64,000 bases of DNA from Cyanophora paradoxa CCMP329 (Eukaryota; Plantae; Glaucophyta): the NCBI GenBank assembly GCA_004431415.1, contig QPMI01000184.1:1-64000 (forward strand). Direction: 5' to 3'. Both the position numbers and the translations under genes were made by a program. Of the stretch, positions 1-10,700 are shown in pieces. The number at the start of each line of letters is the position of its first letter. Position 1 is the first letter of the stretch. The notes below the pieces were generated by a model that ran no database searches, was not told the DNA's origin, and saw only the letters and a program-made list of their open reading frames with translations.

Positions 1-575
1 GGTCCGCCTGCGAGGGTGCAGCTCGCCACGGAGAGGCGCGGGTACGCGAAGGGGGGCATCGATTCCGCACCATCCAGGTGCGCGAGGCGTCGGCGACGCA
101 AGGCGCGGAGAGGGCCGATCTGCAAAGAGAGGACTCAGGGACAGCGCGCGGGGCGACAGAAGGCGCCGGCGGCACCGGAGGGGGTACAGGAGGAGCTCGG
201 TGACGAAGGGGCGGCAGGAGCGGGGGGAGAGGTGGGCAGCGGGGGCCGGGGGCCGTCGGCGGGGGCGGGGGCGGGGGCGGGGGCGAGGGCGCGGCGTGCG
301 AGGCGGGCGAGGGCACGCCAGGCGGGGCGCCCGAGGCGCCCGCCCCGCCGGCAGCGGCCTCGGCCTCGGCGTCGGCCTCGCGGCGGCGGAGGAGGAGGGG
401 CCTGCGTGCTCAGCGCCCGCACAGCGCAGGCAGCGCTCCAGCGAGGAGGCGGCGGCGGGGAGCGCCCGCATCCAGTGCACGGCGAGGAACCCCCCGGGGG
501 GCACCCCGCCCCCGCCCTGGCTCCCGGCGCTCTCGCCCTCCGCCGGGGGAGGGTCCAGCGGCATGCGCAGCGCCG
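1..575 (-). pseudogene. Decayed partial duplicate of the RIF1-like gene (copy of 10593-11176), probably continuing past the left edge
   Basis: 1-575 aligns in the same orientation with 10593-11176, exons and introns included, with substitutions and 1-nt indels (e.g. agcgcccgcacagcgcagg vs agcgccccgcacagcgccagg). Similarity stops abruptly at about 575. Confidence 0.8.
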
Positions 576-1297
576 GGGCGGGCGGCCCGCGGGGAGGCCC
601 CGCCCCGGGCCCCGGGCCCCATCGAGAAGCTCGAGCGCTTCATCGGTCTGCGCAGCCCCACGCCCTAGGCTTGATGCATGAGCCCCGCCCCGCCCCCTTC
701 TCAGCGGCCACGGGGGCGCCGCGGGCAGGGGTGATCTACCGGCCGAAGACGGAGCGCTGGTCGCACATGTCCGCCGCCCGCATCGCCCGCCAGGCCCGCG
801 CGCCCTCCTCCCGCCCCCGCCGCCTCGCTCTCGAGTTAATTTGAGTTGGCGGCAGTTCGACCTCTGCGTCCACATCGACGAGACGAGCGCCCTGCGGCCC
901 CTCGACCCCCTCTGAGATGCAGCTCCCGCCGCCGGGCGCGGGCGCGGGCTCCCGGACGGGAGGAATTCGGTCACCGGGTCCTCCCTCGAACGCGGGGCGG
1001 GGCGGGGCACCGCACTTTTGGAGACTCTGAACTCGGAGCGCCTGCGCCTGCGCCTGCGCGTAGACGCGGCCCACGACCGCGCGCAACGTAATCCTGGATC
1101 CCCCCAGGCCTGTAAATAGACAGCAGCAGCTCTAGCCGCATCCCAAGCTTAATTATAAGGGACTCGATGCAGGCAGCCAGAGGTAGATAACGTAGACCAG
1201 CATTCATCGTGTAAATAATGGCACGCAGCCTCTCACGCGCCTGCAGGCCCTAGGGCGGGGCGGGGGCCGTGGGCGGGGCCGGGGGCGGGGCCTCTAG

Positions 1298-3023
1298 CTA
1301 GTAGTCGGCGTGGGCGGGGGCGAGGGTGCGCTGGAGGGCGTCGTGGAGGGCGGCCTCGCCCTCGGAGACGGCGAGGCGCCCCGCGAGGGCCGCCACGGGC
1401 ACGGGGAGCGCCCCCTCGCCCTCCAGGCCCCGCAGCGCCCCCGCGCACCGGTGCCCGTCCTTCTCCGTCGTCACCAGCACGGCCGCCCCCGCGGCGGCGG
1501 CCCGCGCGGCGAGGGCCGCCAGCTCGCGGGGCGCGAAGGGCCGGTGGTCCCGGTAGAGGGCCGACCCCACCAGCGCCGCCCCCGCCCCCTGCCCCGCGCC
1601 CCTCCCATAAGCGGGTGCTGCAGGAGAGAAAGGGGGGGGGGGGGGGGGGGGGTGTACCCGTGCGGTGGCGAGGAAGGAGGCGGGGCAGCCTACCCCCGCA
1701 AAGGCGAAGGCGGGGAGGCCCCCCAGTGTGCCCTCTCCGCCCCGCCCGGGCCCGGGACCGGGGGCGGGCAGCGGAGGGAGCGGCGGGCCCGCGAGGTGCC
1801 TGAGGCCCTCCGTCTGATCGCACGTACCCCTCGGCCGGGGTACCGGCACAGAGGGAGAGAGGGGTAGGCAGCGCACTTCGAAGCGCGTGCGGATGACGAC
1901 GGCGCGCGGGTTCCACTCCGCAACCTGTTTCATTCGGGGTCTCGAGGGGGTACGGGCGGAGGGAGCTCGAGGTAAAGGGGGAGAAGGGGTACAGCAGTTC
2001 GATGCGTACCTGTGCTGCGATGCGCTCCACTTCGGGTTGGGGAACGAGATCCGAGTGGTGCAGGGCCACAACCTGGGTACATGATCGGTGAGCGGCGTAG
2101 CCGTGGGTGGAGGCGTAGAGGGGTCGGGCGCGCGTGGGCCCGGGCGACGCCGCTGGGGGCGGGCTCGCGGAGGGTGCCGCGGGGGATGAGGCGGCCGCCG
2201 CCGAAGGGGTCCAGGCAGGAGAGCATGAGGAGGTCGAGGTCCCGCTCCAGCTGCCCCCGCGCCCCGCCCCCTCAGGCGACCCGCCGGCGGGGGCGCGGAG
2301 GCGGAGGCGGAGCGCCGGCGCGCCCGCCAGTGCTGGAGGCCGTCGTCGAGGACGGCGGCCGCGCGGGGCCGCGGGACGCGCACGCGCAGCTCGGCCAGCG
2401 CGGCGGCGGCGGCCGCCGCGCGGTCGGCCCCCGGCGCGACGAGCGCCGCGGTGCCGGCGAGGCGCGCGCGGTGCTGCGGCACCTCGTCCCCGCCGTAGTC
2501 CTGCGCCCGCGCCGACCGCTCGGCCCCGCTGCCGGCCGTGCGTAGGGCAGCGCACCCGGAGGAGGACGACGGGCGCGACGCCGCGGGCGAGCGCCTGCCG
2601 CGCGATGTACTCCGTCATCGGCGTCTTGCCCGTCCCTGTCGCCCCCGCCCGGAGGTCGCAACGCCGCCCCCCCGGCCCCACGCGCGCGCGCGGCGCCGGC
2701 AGCTGCAGGCGCCCCGCAACTTCCGACGCACCTCCCCAGGTCACATTGCCGACAGAGATGGTTGGCACAGGCAGCCTTGCGCGCTGCAGCAGGCCGTGCT
2801 CGTATGCGCCGCGGTGAAGCCGCGCGCTTGTCGTGTACATCAGCTCGAGCAGCTCCATGGCGCCCCGCGGGCCACGGCCGATGGCGCCGTGCTCGAGGGT
2901 TTTGCTAGCCAAACAAGCCTGGAAGAGCCGAACTGGGAGGGCTGTGAGCTGAGCGAACGAACAAATCGTGCGAACGAAGCCAGCTGTACCCTCACCGGAA
3001 GAAATTGAACCGACCATGGCCAT
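1298..3023 (-). CDS. lpxK: Tetraacyldisaccharide 4'-kinase (lipid A pathway), multi-exon; start uncertain
   Basis: Spliced motifs ISVGNVTWGG/TGKTPM (P-loop), VLDDGLQH, DPFGGGRLIPRGTLREP, FAGVGCPASF, YRDH and VTTEKD occur in LpxK order. Stop at 1298-1300. Confidence 0.88.
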
Positions 3024-3528
3024 CCCTTGACAAAGTTGCGCACATCTTCGAATTGCGCGGATGTGCGCTTGAACGTCCCTGAAGCCCAGCTTAAGCTCGC
3101 CTCTGGAGCTGTCAGCCAGCGCTACGAAGGGCAAGCGCCAATCAGCCTATCAGTCAGCGCTCTGGGCGGGTTGCAAGCGCTTTTACATTGCAGAAGGATG
3201 TACGCACCGTGGCGGATGCGACTCCAGTCAGTTGCAGGGCCGAATCCGCGACGCAGCAGCGCGTAAGCGCACCGCTGCTGCAGCGGTGTAGGTAGAGGTT
3301 GTGGTTGAGATACACCGAGGGACTCGCGCGTTGTACACGTAAATCTGCTCGGACGGTCGGCGACGAGGACAATGGAAGGGGTAAGGGGCGGTTACGCCGC
3401 TCGTCGTGGACCGAAATGAAGCCAGCCCGCCCCCCTCGCACGCCGCCGCGCCGCACGGAAGCGCACCGCTGCTGCAGCGGGCTTGCCGGCGAAGCTAAGC
3501 TGCGCGCTCACGCGTGAAGCGTCCAACA

Positions 3529-6362
3529 ATGCAAGAGGTCCACGAGCTCCACGCGCGATCTCCAGGCCTCCACTCGGAGGAAGAGGAAGAGGAATCGGAA
3601 GGCCGGCCGCACAAGAAGCAGATCTCTGCTGCCGGAGGGGACGACCAGATATCCGAGGAAGAGGATGAATCGCGTGCGTACCTAGGCCTGTCGGCCTTCG
3701 AGCGGTAGGGGCGCGCAGCTCTGACGGGGGGCGCGCGCGCGGCTGCAGCTATGCGGCCGACGCTGCAGCGGCGAGTTGCCATTCGGGCGTCTGTTGTCAA
3801 CGAGATGGCTTTCCGGATGGGGGTCCGCCCCGCCGCCCCGCGCCGGCCCCGCCCCGCTGACCGCTCATCCTCCGCTCCGATGCGCGCCAGGCGCTCAACG
3901 TGGAGGACTTGCCGACGGCGGTGCGGGAGGAGGCCCGGGGGCGCCATTCTTCGCTCGGCCGCGGCCGCCCAGGCGCCGGACGCCGCCGAGCGGGGCGGAG
4001 CAGCGGGACTCGGCGCTGCAGACGGCCCTCGCCGAGCTCTGCTGCTGCGCCGTCCCCCAGAGGGTGCCCACGCGCCCCCAGCGACCCCCGCCCGCTCCTC
4101 CCTCACCCATGTCGCTCGCTCTGCAGGCCGCCCCCCCGTTCCGGGCATCGCCCGAGGAGGCGAAGGCGCTCCTGCTCGACCTCGAGGCCCACGCCGCCGC
4201 CCTGCGCGCCGCCGCCCTGCGCGCGGCGGCCGGGGCGGCCGCGGCGCCGGCGGGAGGCGTCGACAGCTTGACGCTCCCCGAGGCGCAGGCCTCGCTCGCC
4301 ACCGTGCGCGCGCCCCGCGAGCGCTGCCGCGCGGGGCGGCGAGGGGCCCTCGGCAGGCGCTCTGCGACGCGCGGCTGTGCGGGACGGAGCTCTTCCGCAC
4401 CTTCCTCGGCGCCGCCGCCTGCGCGGCTACCTCGGCCTCCTCCGCTCCTCCGGGCCCCCCGGCGCCCGCCTCGTGCCCCGCCCCGCGCCCTCCCCCCGCC
4501 ACCGCCGCGCGGCGGGGCCGAGCGGTGGCGCGCAGGTGAAGGCAGTGGCGCGGTGCCTGGCGGGGCGCTGGCGAGCCCGCTGCCGGCGGCGCCGGACCTG
4601 GAGGAGGGGGCGCGGGGCCCTCGGCGGGGGGCGCGGGGGCGGCGTGGGCGGAGGAGGACGTGGAGGCCCTCGCCGAGAGCGCCACCGCCTTCCTCGAGGC
4701 GCGCCGGGCAGGGCGGGCGGGCGGGGCCGGCGGGGGGCGCTGAGGCGGGCCGGCGCAGGCGTTCACGACGAGCGCCGTGCGCATGGACCCGCACCTCTTC
4801 GACCTCGAGGAGGGCCCCGCCCTCCAGGCCCGCCCCGCCCCGCCCGCACCCTCCCCGGCCCGGCCCGACCCGAGCCCGCGCGCGCAGCTGGCGACGCGCG
4901 TCGGCGAGTTCGCGCAGCCGTTCGAGGTGCGCGCGCGGGGCGGGGCCTCGGGGGCCGGGGCCGAGCGGGAGCGGGGCGGGGCAGCGGACGGGGCGGGGAC
5001 GTGGGCGAAGGCGGCGTACCTGCGCGCCCTCGCCCTCCGCCTCTTCGAGCACCGCCACGAGGCCGTCCACGCCTACTACCAGGCCCGCCCCGCCCGGCCC
5101 CCGCCCCGCCGCCCCTCCCTGCTCGGCGAACGGAGCTGGCGCAGGCGTGGGCGGCGCTGCGGGGGGCGCAGCTGGTGCCGTGCCCGCTGGAGGCCCGCCT
5201 CATCCCCGACCTCGCCGACCTCCTCTGTCCGCCCCCGCCCCGCCCCGCCCCGCCCCGCCCCCGTGCCGGCTCGGGCGCTGAGCGAGCCGGCGGGGGCTGC
5301 GGGGGCAGTCGAGACCTTCCGCCACCGGGAGGCCTTCCACGGTGCCCCCGGCCCCCGCCCTGCCCGCCCCCTCCCTCGCGCCGAGCCGGGTGCCGCGCGC
5401 TCGCAGTGGCACAGGCGGGGTACGAGCTGGGGGGGACCCCGAGGCGGCCGCCCTCTCCCGCTACCGCCTCGAGATGACCCTCAGCGCGCCCCGCCCGCCC
5501 CGCCCCGCCCCGCCCCGCCCCGCCCCGCCCCCGCTCACCTCGCCCAAGGCGCCGTGCGGCGGTGGAAGGGGGACGCGGGGGCGGCCGAGCGCCACGCCGC
5601 GCGCGCCGTCGAGGTCGCCGAGGCCCTCGGCCCGGGCTACCGGCGCGCCCGCCCTCGCCCCCTCCCTCCTCCCTCCCTCTTCCGCCGTGACCGGCGGGCG
5701 GGCGGGCGGGCGGGCGCAGGCAGCTGCTCGTACAACCGCTCTTCGCGCTCATGATCCTCGGCGTCCACCGCAGTGCGTCGCCTTTTAACCCATTTCAATC
5801 CGAGAAGCCGCCCCGCGCCGGCGCCGGCGCCTGCCGGGGGGAGCTGACGGGGCGGGGCCCCCGCCGGGGCGCGCAGTGTCCCCCGAGACGACGCGGGACC
5901 GGCTCGTGCGGTGCGGCTGCCGGCCGCGCAGCGCCCCCCGCCTCCGCCGAGCGCCTCGGGGCGGGGCAGGGTGACGGGGGCGATGGTGGCGCTCGAGGAG
6001 GGGGCGGACGGGGCGGACCCCGACCCCTGCCTTCCCGACCTCGACCAGGTCCCCGCCGGCCCCGCCTGCCGCCTCCCCTCCGTCCCGCCCCCCCGCTCGC
6101 TCGCTCGCTCACCGCGGCCCTCGGGCTGGGGCGGGGCAGCCGTCGTGCCTGCGCTACTCGCTCGCCTTCAACCCGCCCTCCCTCCTCATCAACGGCTCCA
6201 AGGCCTACGCCGTCGCCGCCCAGGCGCGCGCAGGCCTCGCACCCCGCCCCGCCCCCGCGCCGCGCCGAGCGGGCCGGGGCAGCACTCGGAGGGGGCGCGG
6301 GCGAGCGTCGTCTCGGCGCACGTCTTCTACAACCTGGGGAGTACCACCTCCTCGCCGGTCCG

Positions 6363-6410
<48 letters not shown>

Positions 6411-7124
6411 CCCCCACGTGCACCTGAGACGCCTCCCCCGGGGCAGGGGACCCTGCGTCGGCGGCGAAGGCCTTCGAGAAGTGCGCCGCCGTGTACGGCG
6501 GCCGCTACGCACACTCCTTCCCCCTCGAGGTCCCCCCCGCCCCCGCCCCCGCCCGGCGGGAGGGTCTGAGGCGGGGGGCAGCACCCGCGGCGGCGGCGGG
6601 TGGTGGAAGTGCTTGCGCAGCTGCGGCGCGGCGAGGAGCCGGCCTCGCGCTACGCGCCATTTGCCGCCGCCCGCGCCGCCGCCTCGCCGGAGCCGTCCCC
6701 TCCGGCTCGCCCCACTCCGACCCCTCCGCCTCCCGCCCCCGCCTCCGCCGCCGGCCCCGCCCTCCCCGGCCCCGCCCCTCACCCCGCCCCCGCCGCATGC
6801 CCTGCCGCGGACTGCGGCCCGCGGCCAGCCTCGCAGCCGCCCGCAGCGGAGGGGCCGGCATCCGCGCAGCCGCCCTGCGAGCAGACGCCGCCTCAGGGGC
6901 AGGGCGGGTGTGGCGGCGAGGCGGGGTGCGGGGGCGGGGCGCCGGCCCCGTGGGCGCCCCCCGCGATGCCGCCGGCGCTGCGCGAGCAGATGCAGGGGCA
7001 GCAGGGGCGGCGCGAGGCTGCGGGGGCCGTGGTGCAGTGCGTCAATGTTCAGCCAGCGCAGCAGCTGCTCGCCGCGCTGTGGCGCGGCCCCGAGGAGCCC
7101 CCCGAACCCGACCCCCGCCCGTAG
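3529..7124 (+). CDS. Uncharacterised multi-exon protein with TPR-like helices and a Pro/Ala-rich C-terminus
   Basis: ATG at 3529 opens an acidic N-terminus. Coding-like exons alternate with C-rich introns. Helical segments include GAVRRWKGDAGAAERHAARAVEVAEAL and DPASAAKAFEKCAAVY. Last exon stops at 7124. Exon boundaries were only partly resolved. Confidence 0.5.
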
Positions 7125-7787
7125 CAACCGATCGCGAGCCGCGAGAGTGAAGCGCTAGCGCCTCAGGAGCTCTCAGAGTCTAGGAACAGAGCTAGGCTAG
7201 TAACGCTAGGACCCAGAGCCAGATCTAGAGCTGAGTATTCGTAGAGTCTTTTGCAACGTTAACGTTACCAACAGGCCCAACTAGGAGTTCGCCATCGTAA
7301 ATTTGGCAGTGACTCAATGATCATGATCATGAATCTTGAATGTTCATGGCTCGTGCCGGCCGACGGATGCGCGTGCCCCGGGCCCGCGGCCTCGACGTCG
7401 CGGCCCCGGGAGACTCTTGAGAGGCGCGGGCGCCGCACCGCACCCTGGGCCTTGGCCCGGCAACATCCGGGCCTCGAGCTCGGCCCTCGAGTCCCGGTCC
7501 CTCGAGTCCAGCTGCAGGGCGTGGCACCGCACCTCTGCCCGCGGGGATCGATCACTGCAGCTTAGCTGCGGCCGCGGCGGGCCCGGGCCATCAGCGGCTC
7601 ACGATCATGATCAGATGCGGAAGGTGCCGCCTGCAACGAGTGCCCCCCCTGCCACGCACGGCAGCTACCCCTACACGGATACTGACAGCTGCGCATGCTG
7701 GGCGCGGCGGGCCAACAGCTGCTCATCATCGGTGACTGTACGCAATTAGTTAGAGAGCGTGCAGCGAGAGAGCTCTGGGATGTGGAG

Positions 7788-10700
7788 CTAGGAGGAGGGC
7801 CCGGCGAGCTCGGCGGGGGCGGGGCCGGCGCCCTCGAGGCGGCGGCAGAGGGCGCCGGCGAGGGTGGCGGCGAGGCGCGCGGCGCGCGCCTGCAGCGCCG
7901 CGAGCTCCCCTGCGCCGCGAGTGAGCGGCTCGACGGGAGAGGGGCGGGGGCGGGGGCGCGGCACCGGGCGGGAGGCCCTCTGCGGCGGCCTCCACTGCCG
8001 CCTCGGCGGCGGCGACGGCGGCGAGGGGTCGGCGGGGCGGCCCCCCGCGGCGGGCGGGGCGCCCGGCGACGGGCTCCGCGGGATCTTGTTGCACGCGCGC
8101 CGCCCCGCCGCCGTCGCCGGAGCGGGGCCCCCGTCGCCCTTCTCCCCCGCGAGGGGCGGCGACGAGGCCTCCGCCCTGCGCGCGCGCCCTCAGAGGGGGG
8201 CCGGCGGGGCGGGGAGGGGGCGAGGGGGCGCGGCGGACCCCTCGAAGCAGACGCGGCGGGCCTTCGCGGGAGGCGACGGCCCCGCCTCCGCCTCCGGCCC
8301 TGCCGGGGGTGCGTGCGCCTGAGCGGAGGGCCCCGCAGGCGAGGCGCCGGGGGCCCGCGCGCGCGCACCCTCCTCGGGCGGCGGGCACCGCTTCAGAATG
8401 CTGCGCGGGCCCGTGGCGGGGAAGCCGGCCGGCTCGCCGGGCCCCCGCGGCGTGCTCTCCTCCCCCTCTGCGGAGCGCCGGGGGTGAGGGGGCGGCCCAG
8501 GAGGGCGCACGAGGGACGGGGAGGCGCACCGCCGGCTCCAGCGGCCGGCTCCGCGGCCTCGGGCGCCGGCTCGTGCGGCGCCGGCTCGGGCTCGGGCGCC
8601 TCCAAACACTGCGCGCGGTGAACGGGGAGCGAGCGGGGCGGGGCGGGCGGGCGGCGGTGGCGCACCTGGGAGGCGTCGAGGCGGGAGTAGGTGGGCGGCA
8701 GGTCGGGCCGCCGCCCGAGCCGCTCGAGCTGCCGCTCCGTCAGCAGCTCCGGCGGCGGCGGCCTGGTTCGTCGGGGCGTCAGGGGGTGCGAGGCGAGGGG
8801 CGCCGGGGGCCGCACTTGGGGACGCTGACGACGCGCTGGAAGGTCTCCCGCGCGGGCCGCTTGAGGGGCGAGGGCCCGGGCAGGCCGGCCGCCGTCGCTG
8901 CGCCCCGCGGTGAGGCGGGAGGGGGGGACGAGAGGGGGCGCGCCCGCGCACGGGGTCGGCGCTTGGCGGGCTTCGGGCTGTCGGCGGGGGCGGGGGCCGG
9001 CGGCGGGCTGGGCGAGGCCCGCGGGCGCAGCAGCTGCGGGGGCACGGGGAACGCCGGGCCCCGCCGCCGCCCCACCACCTCCTCCTCCTCGATCTCCTGC
9101 GAGGCCGGCGGCGTCTCCTGCGAGCCCGCCGGCTCCTCCTGCGCGGCTGCCGTCAGCTCCGTCGGGTGGGGGTACAGGGAGCGGGGAGCGGTACCGGAGC
9201 GTCCTCTGGCCAGCTGGGAAGGTGGATGGCGGTCTGGGCGGAGTGAGGCGGCGGGCGGGGGCGGGCGGGACACATCCACGTACCCTGGCGCGGACGCGGG
9301 AGAGGCAGGTGATGAGGGAGGAGGGGTACTCGAGCCGACGTTCTTTGGCGAAGGTCTGCGGGGAATGTGGGCGCTCGGAGGGGCGCGAGAGGGGCGCCGC
9401 CGGTGCCCGAACCTGGCGCCAGAAGTCGAGCGTGGCCGCACGGATGCCGCGCCGCCGGCTCGCGAAGCCGGCCTAGGGTAGGGTGAGCGGGGCGGGGGCG
9501 GCGGGGCGGGGGAGCGCGGGGAGGCGGCTCGCCATGAGGGTGGGGGCGACGGTGCGGAGGAGGTCGGGGTCCCCCCAGCCGCCCGCCCCGCAGCAGCGCC
9601 GCAGCGCCCCCAGGCACTCCCCCCACACCTTCTCCAGCTGCCCCCCCGCCCCCGGCTCCCGTCGGCGGGGTACGCGAATCCGAGGACAAGAGGTCGTACC
9701 CGGGAGTGGATGGCCTCGCGGGGGTCGTCGGGACGGGGCTGAGAGGCGGCCGGTGCTGCGGGGGAGGGGTCTCAGGGGAAGAGGGGAGAGGAGAGGAGAG
9801 GGGGGCGCGGGGCCACCTGAGGGCTGGGTGGTCTGCGTGGGGGCCTCGGGCGAGGCGGCCGTGGCGGGGCCGGGGCGGGAGATGCCGGGGAAGGAGCGGG
9901 CCAGCTCGAGGGCCGCCCGCTGCGCGTGCGCCGCCGAGCCGAGCCGCCCCAGCAGCTTCCCCACCGCCTCCAGGAAGCGCCTCGCCGCCCCCTGCCCCGC
10001 CCCCGCCTCGCCCCCTGCCCGCCCCGCTCCGTCAGCGGCGCTGCGCGGGGCGGGGGCGGGGGCGGGACGGGGGCGGGGGCGGGCCTTGGGGCGGGGCGCA
10101 GGCGGCGGCGAGGGCGACGCCGGCGGCGAGCAGGGCCAGGAGCTCGCCGAGGCACTTCCGCTGCTCCCCCGACGCCCGCGCCGCCCTCGCCACGGCGGCG
10201 TGAAGGGCCTGCGCTGCGCTCGAGCCGGCCGCCGGGGGGCGCGGAGGGCGCGGCAGGCGTACCGCGTCGCTCCGGTCGGGGTCCGCGTTGTCCGCGGCGA
10301 TCGTGAGCGCGCCGAGGAGCAGCTGGCGGGCCCTGCGGGGGTACGCGATCGACGCCGCGGCGGATGGGGGGACGCGCGGCGGGTACGCCGCACTCGACGG
10401 GCAGGGCGGAGGGGTCGGAGGGCTCGCGGGGGAGGAGGGGGTACAGGTCGCGCGCCCAGTTCTCGATCGGCTCGTGCGGGTCTGGCCGCGGTTCAGGACG
10501 GGTACGGGGCACGGGAATGGGGGTAAGCGGACTGCGGAGGCTGTCGGCGAAGGTATCGTACACGGCCTCAAAGAGGCCGCGCCAGGCGGCGAGGTCCGCC
10601 TGCGAGGGTGCAGCTCGCCACGGAGAGGCGCGGGTACGCGAAGGGGGGCATCGATTCCGCACCATCCAGGTGCGCGAGGCGTCGGCGACGCAAGGCGCGG

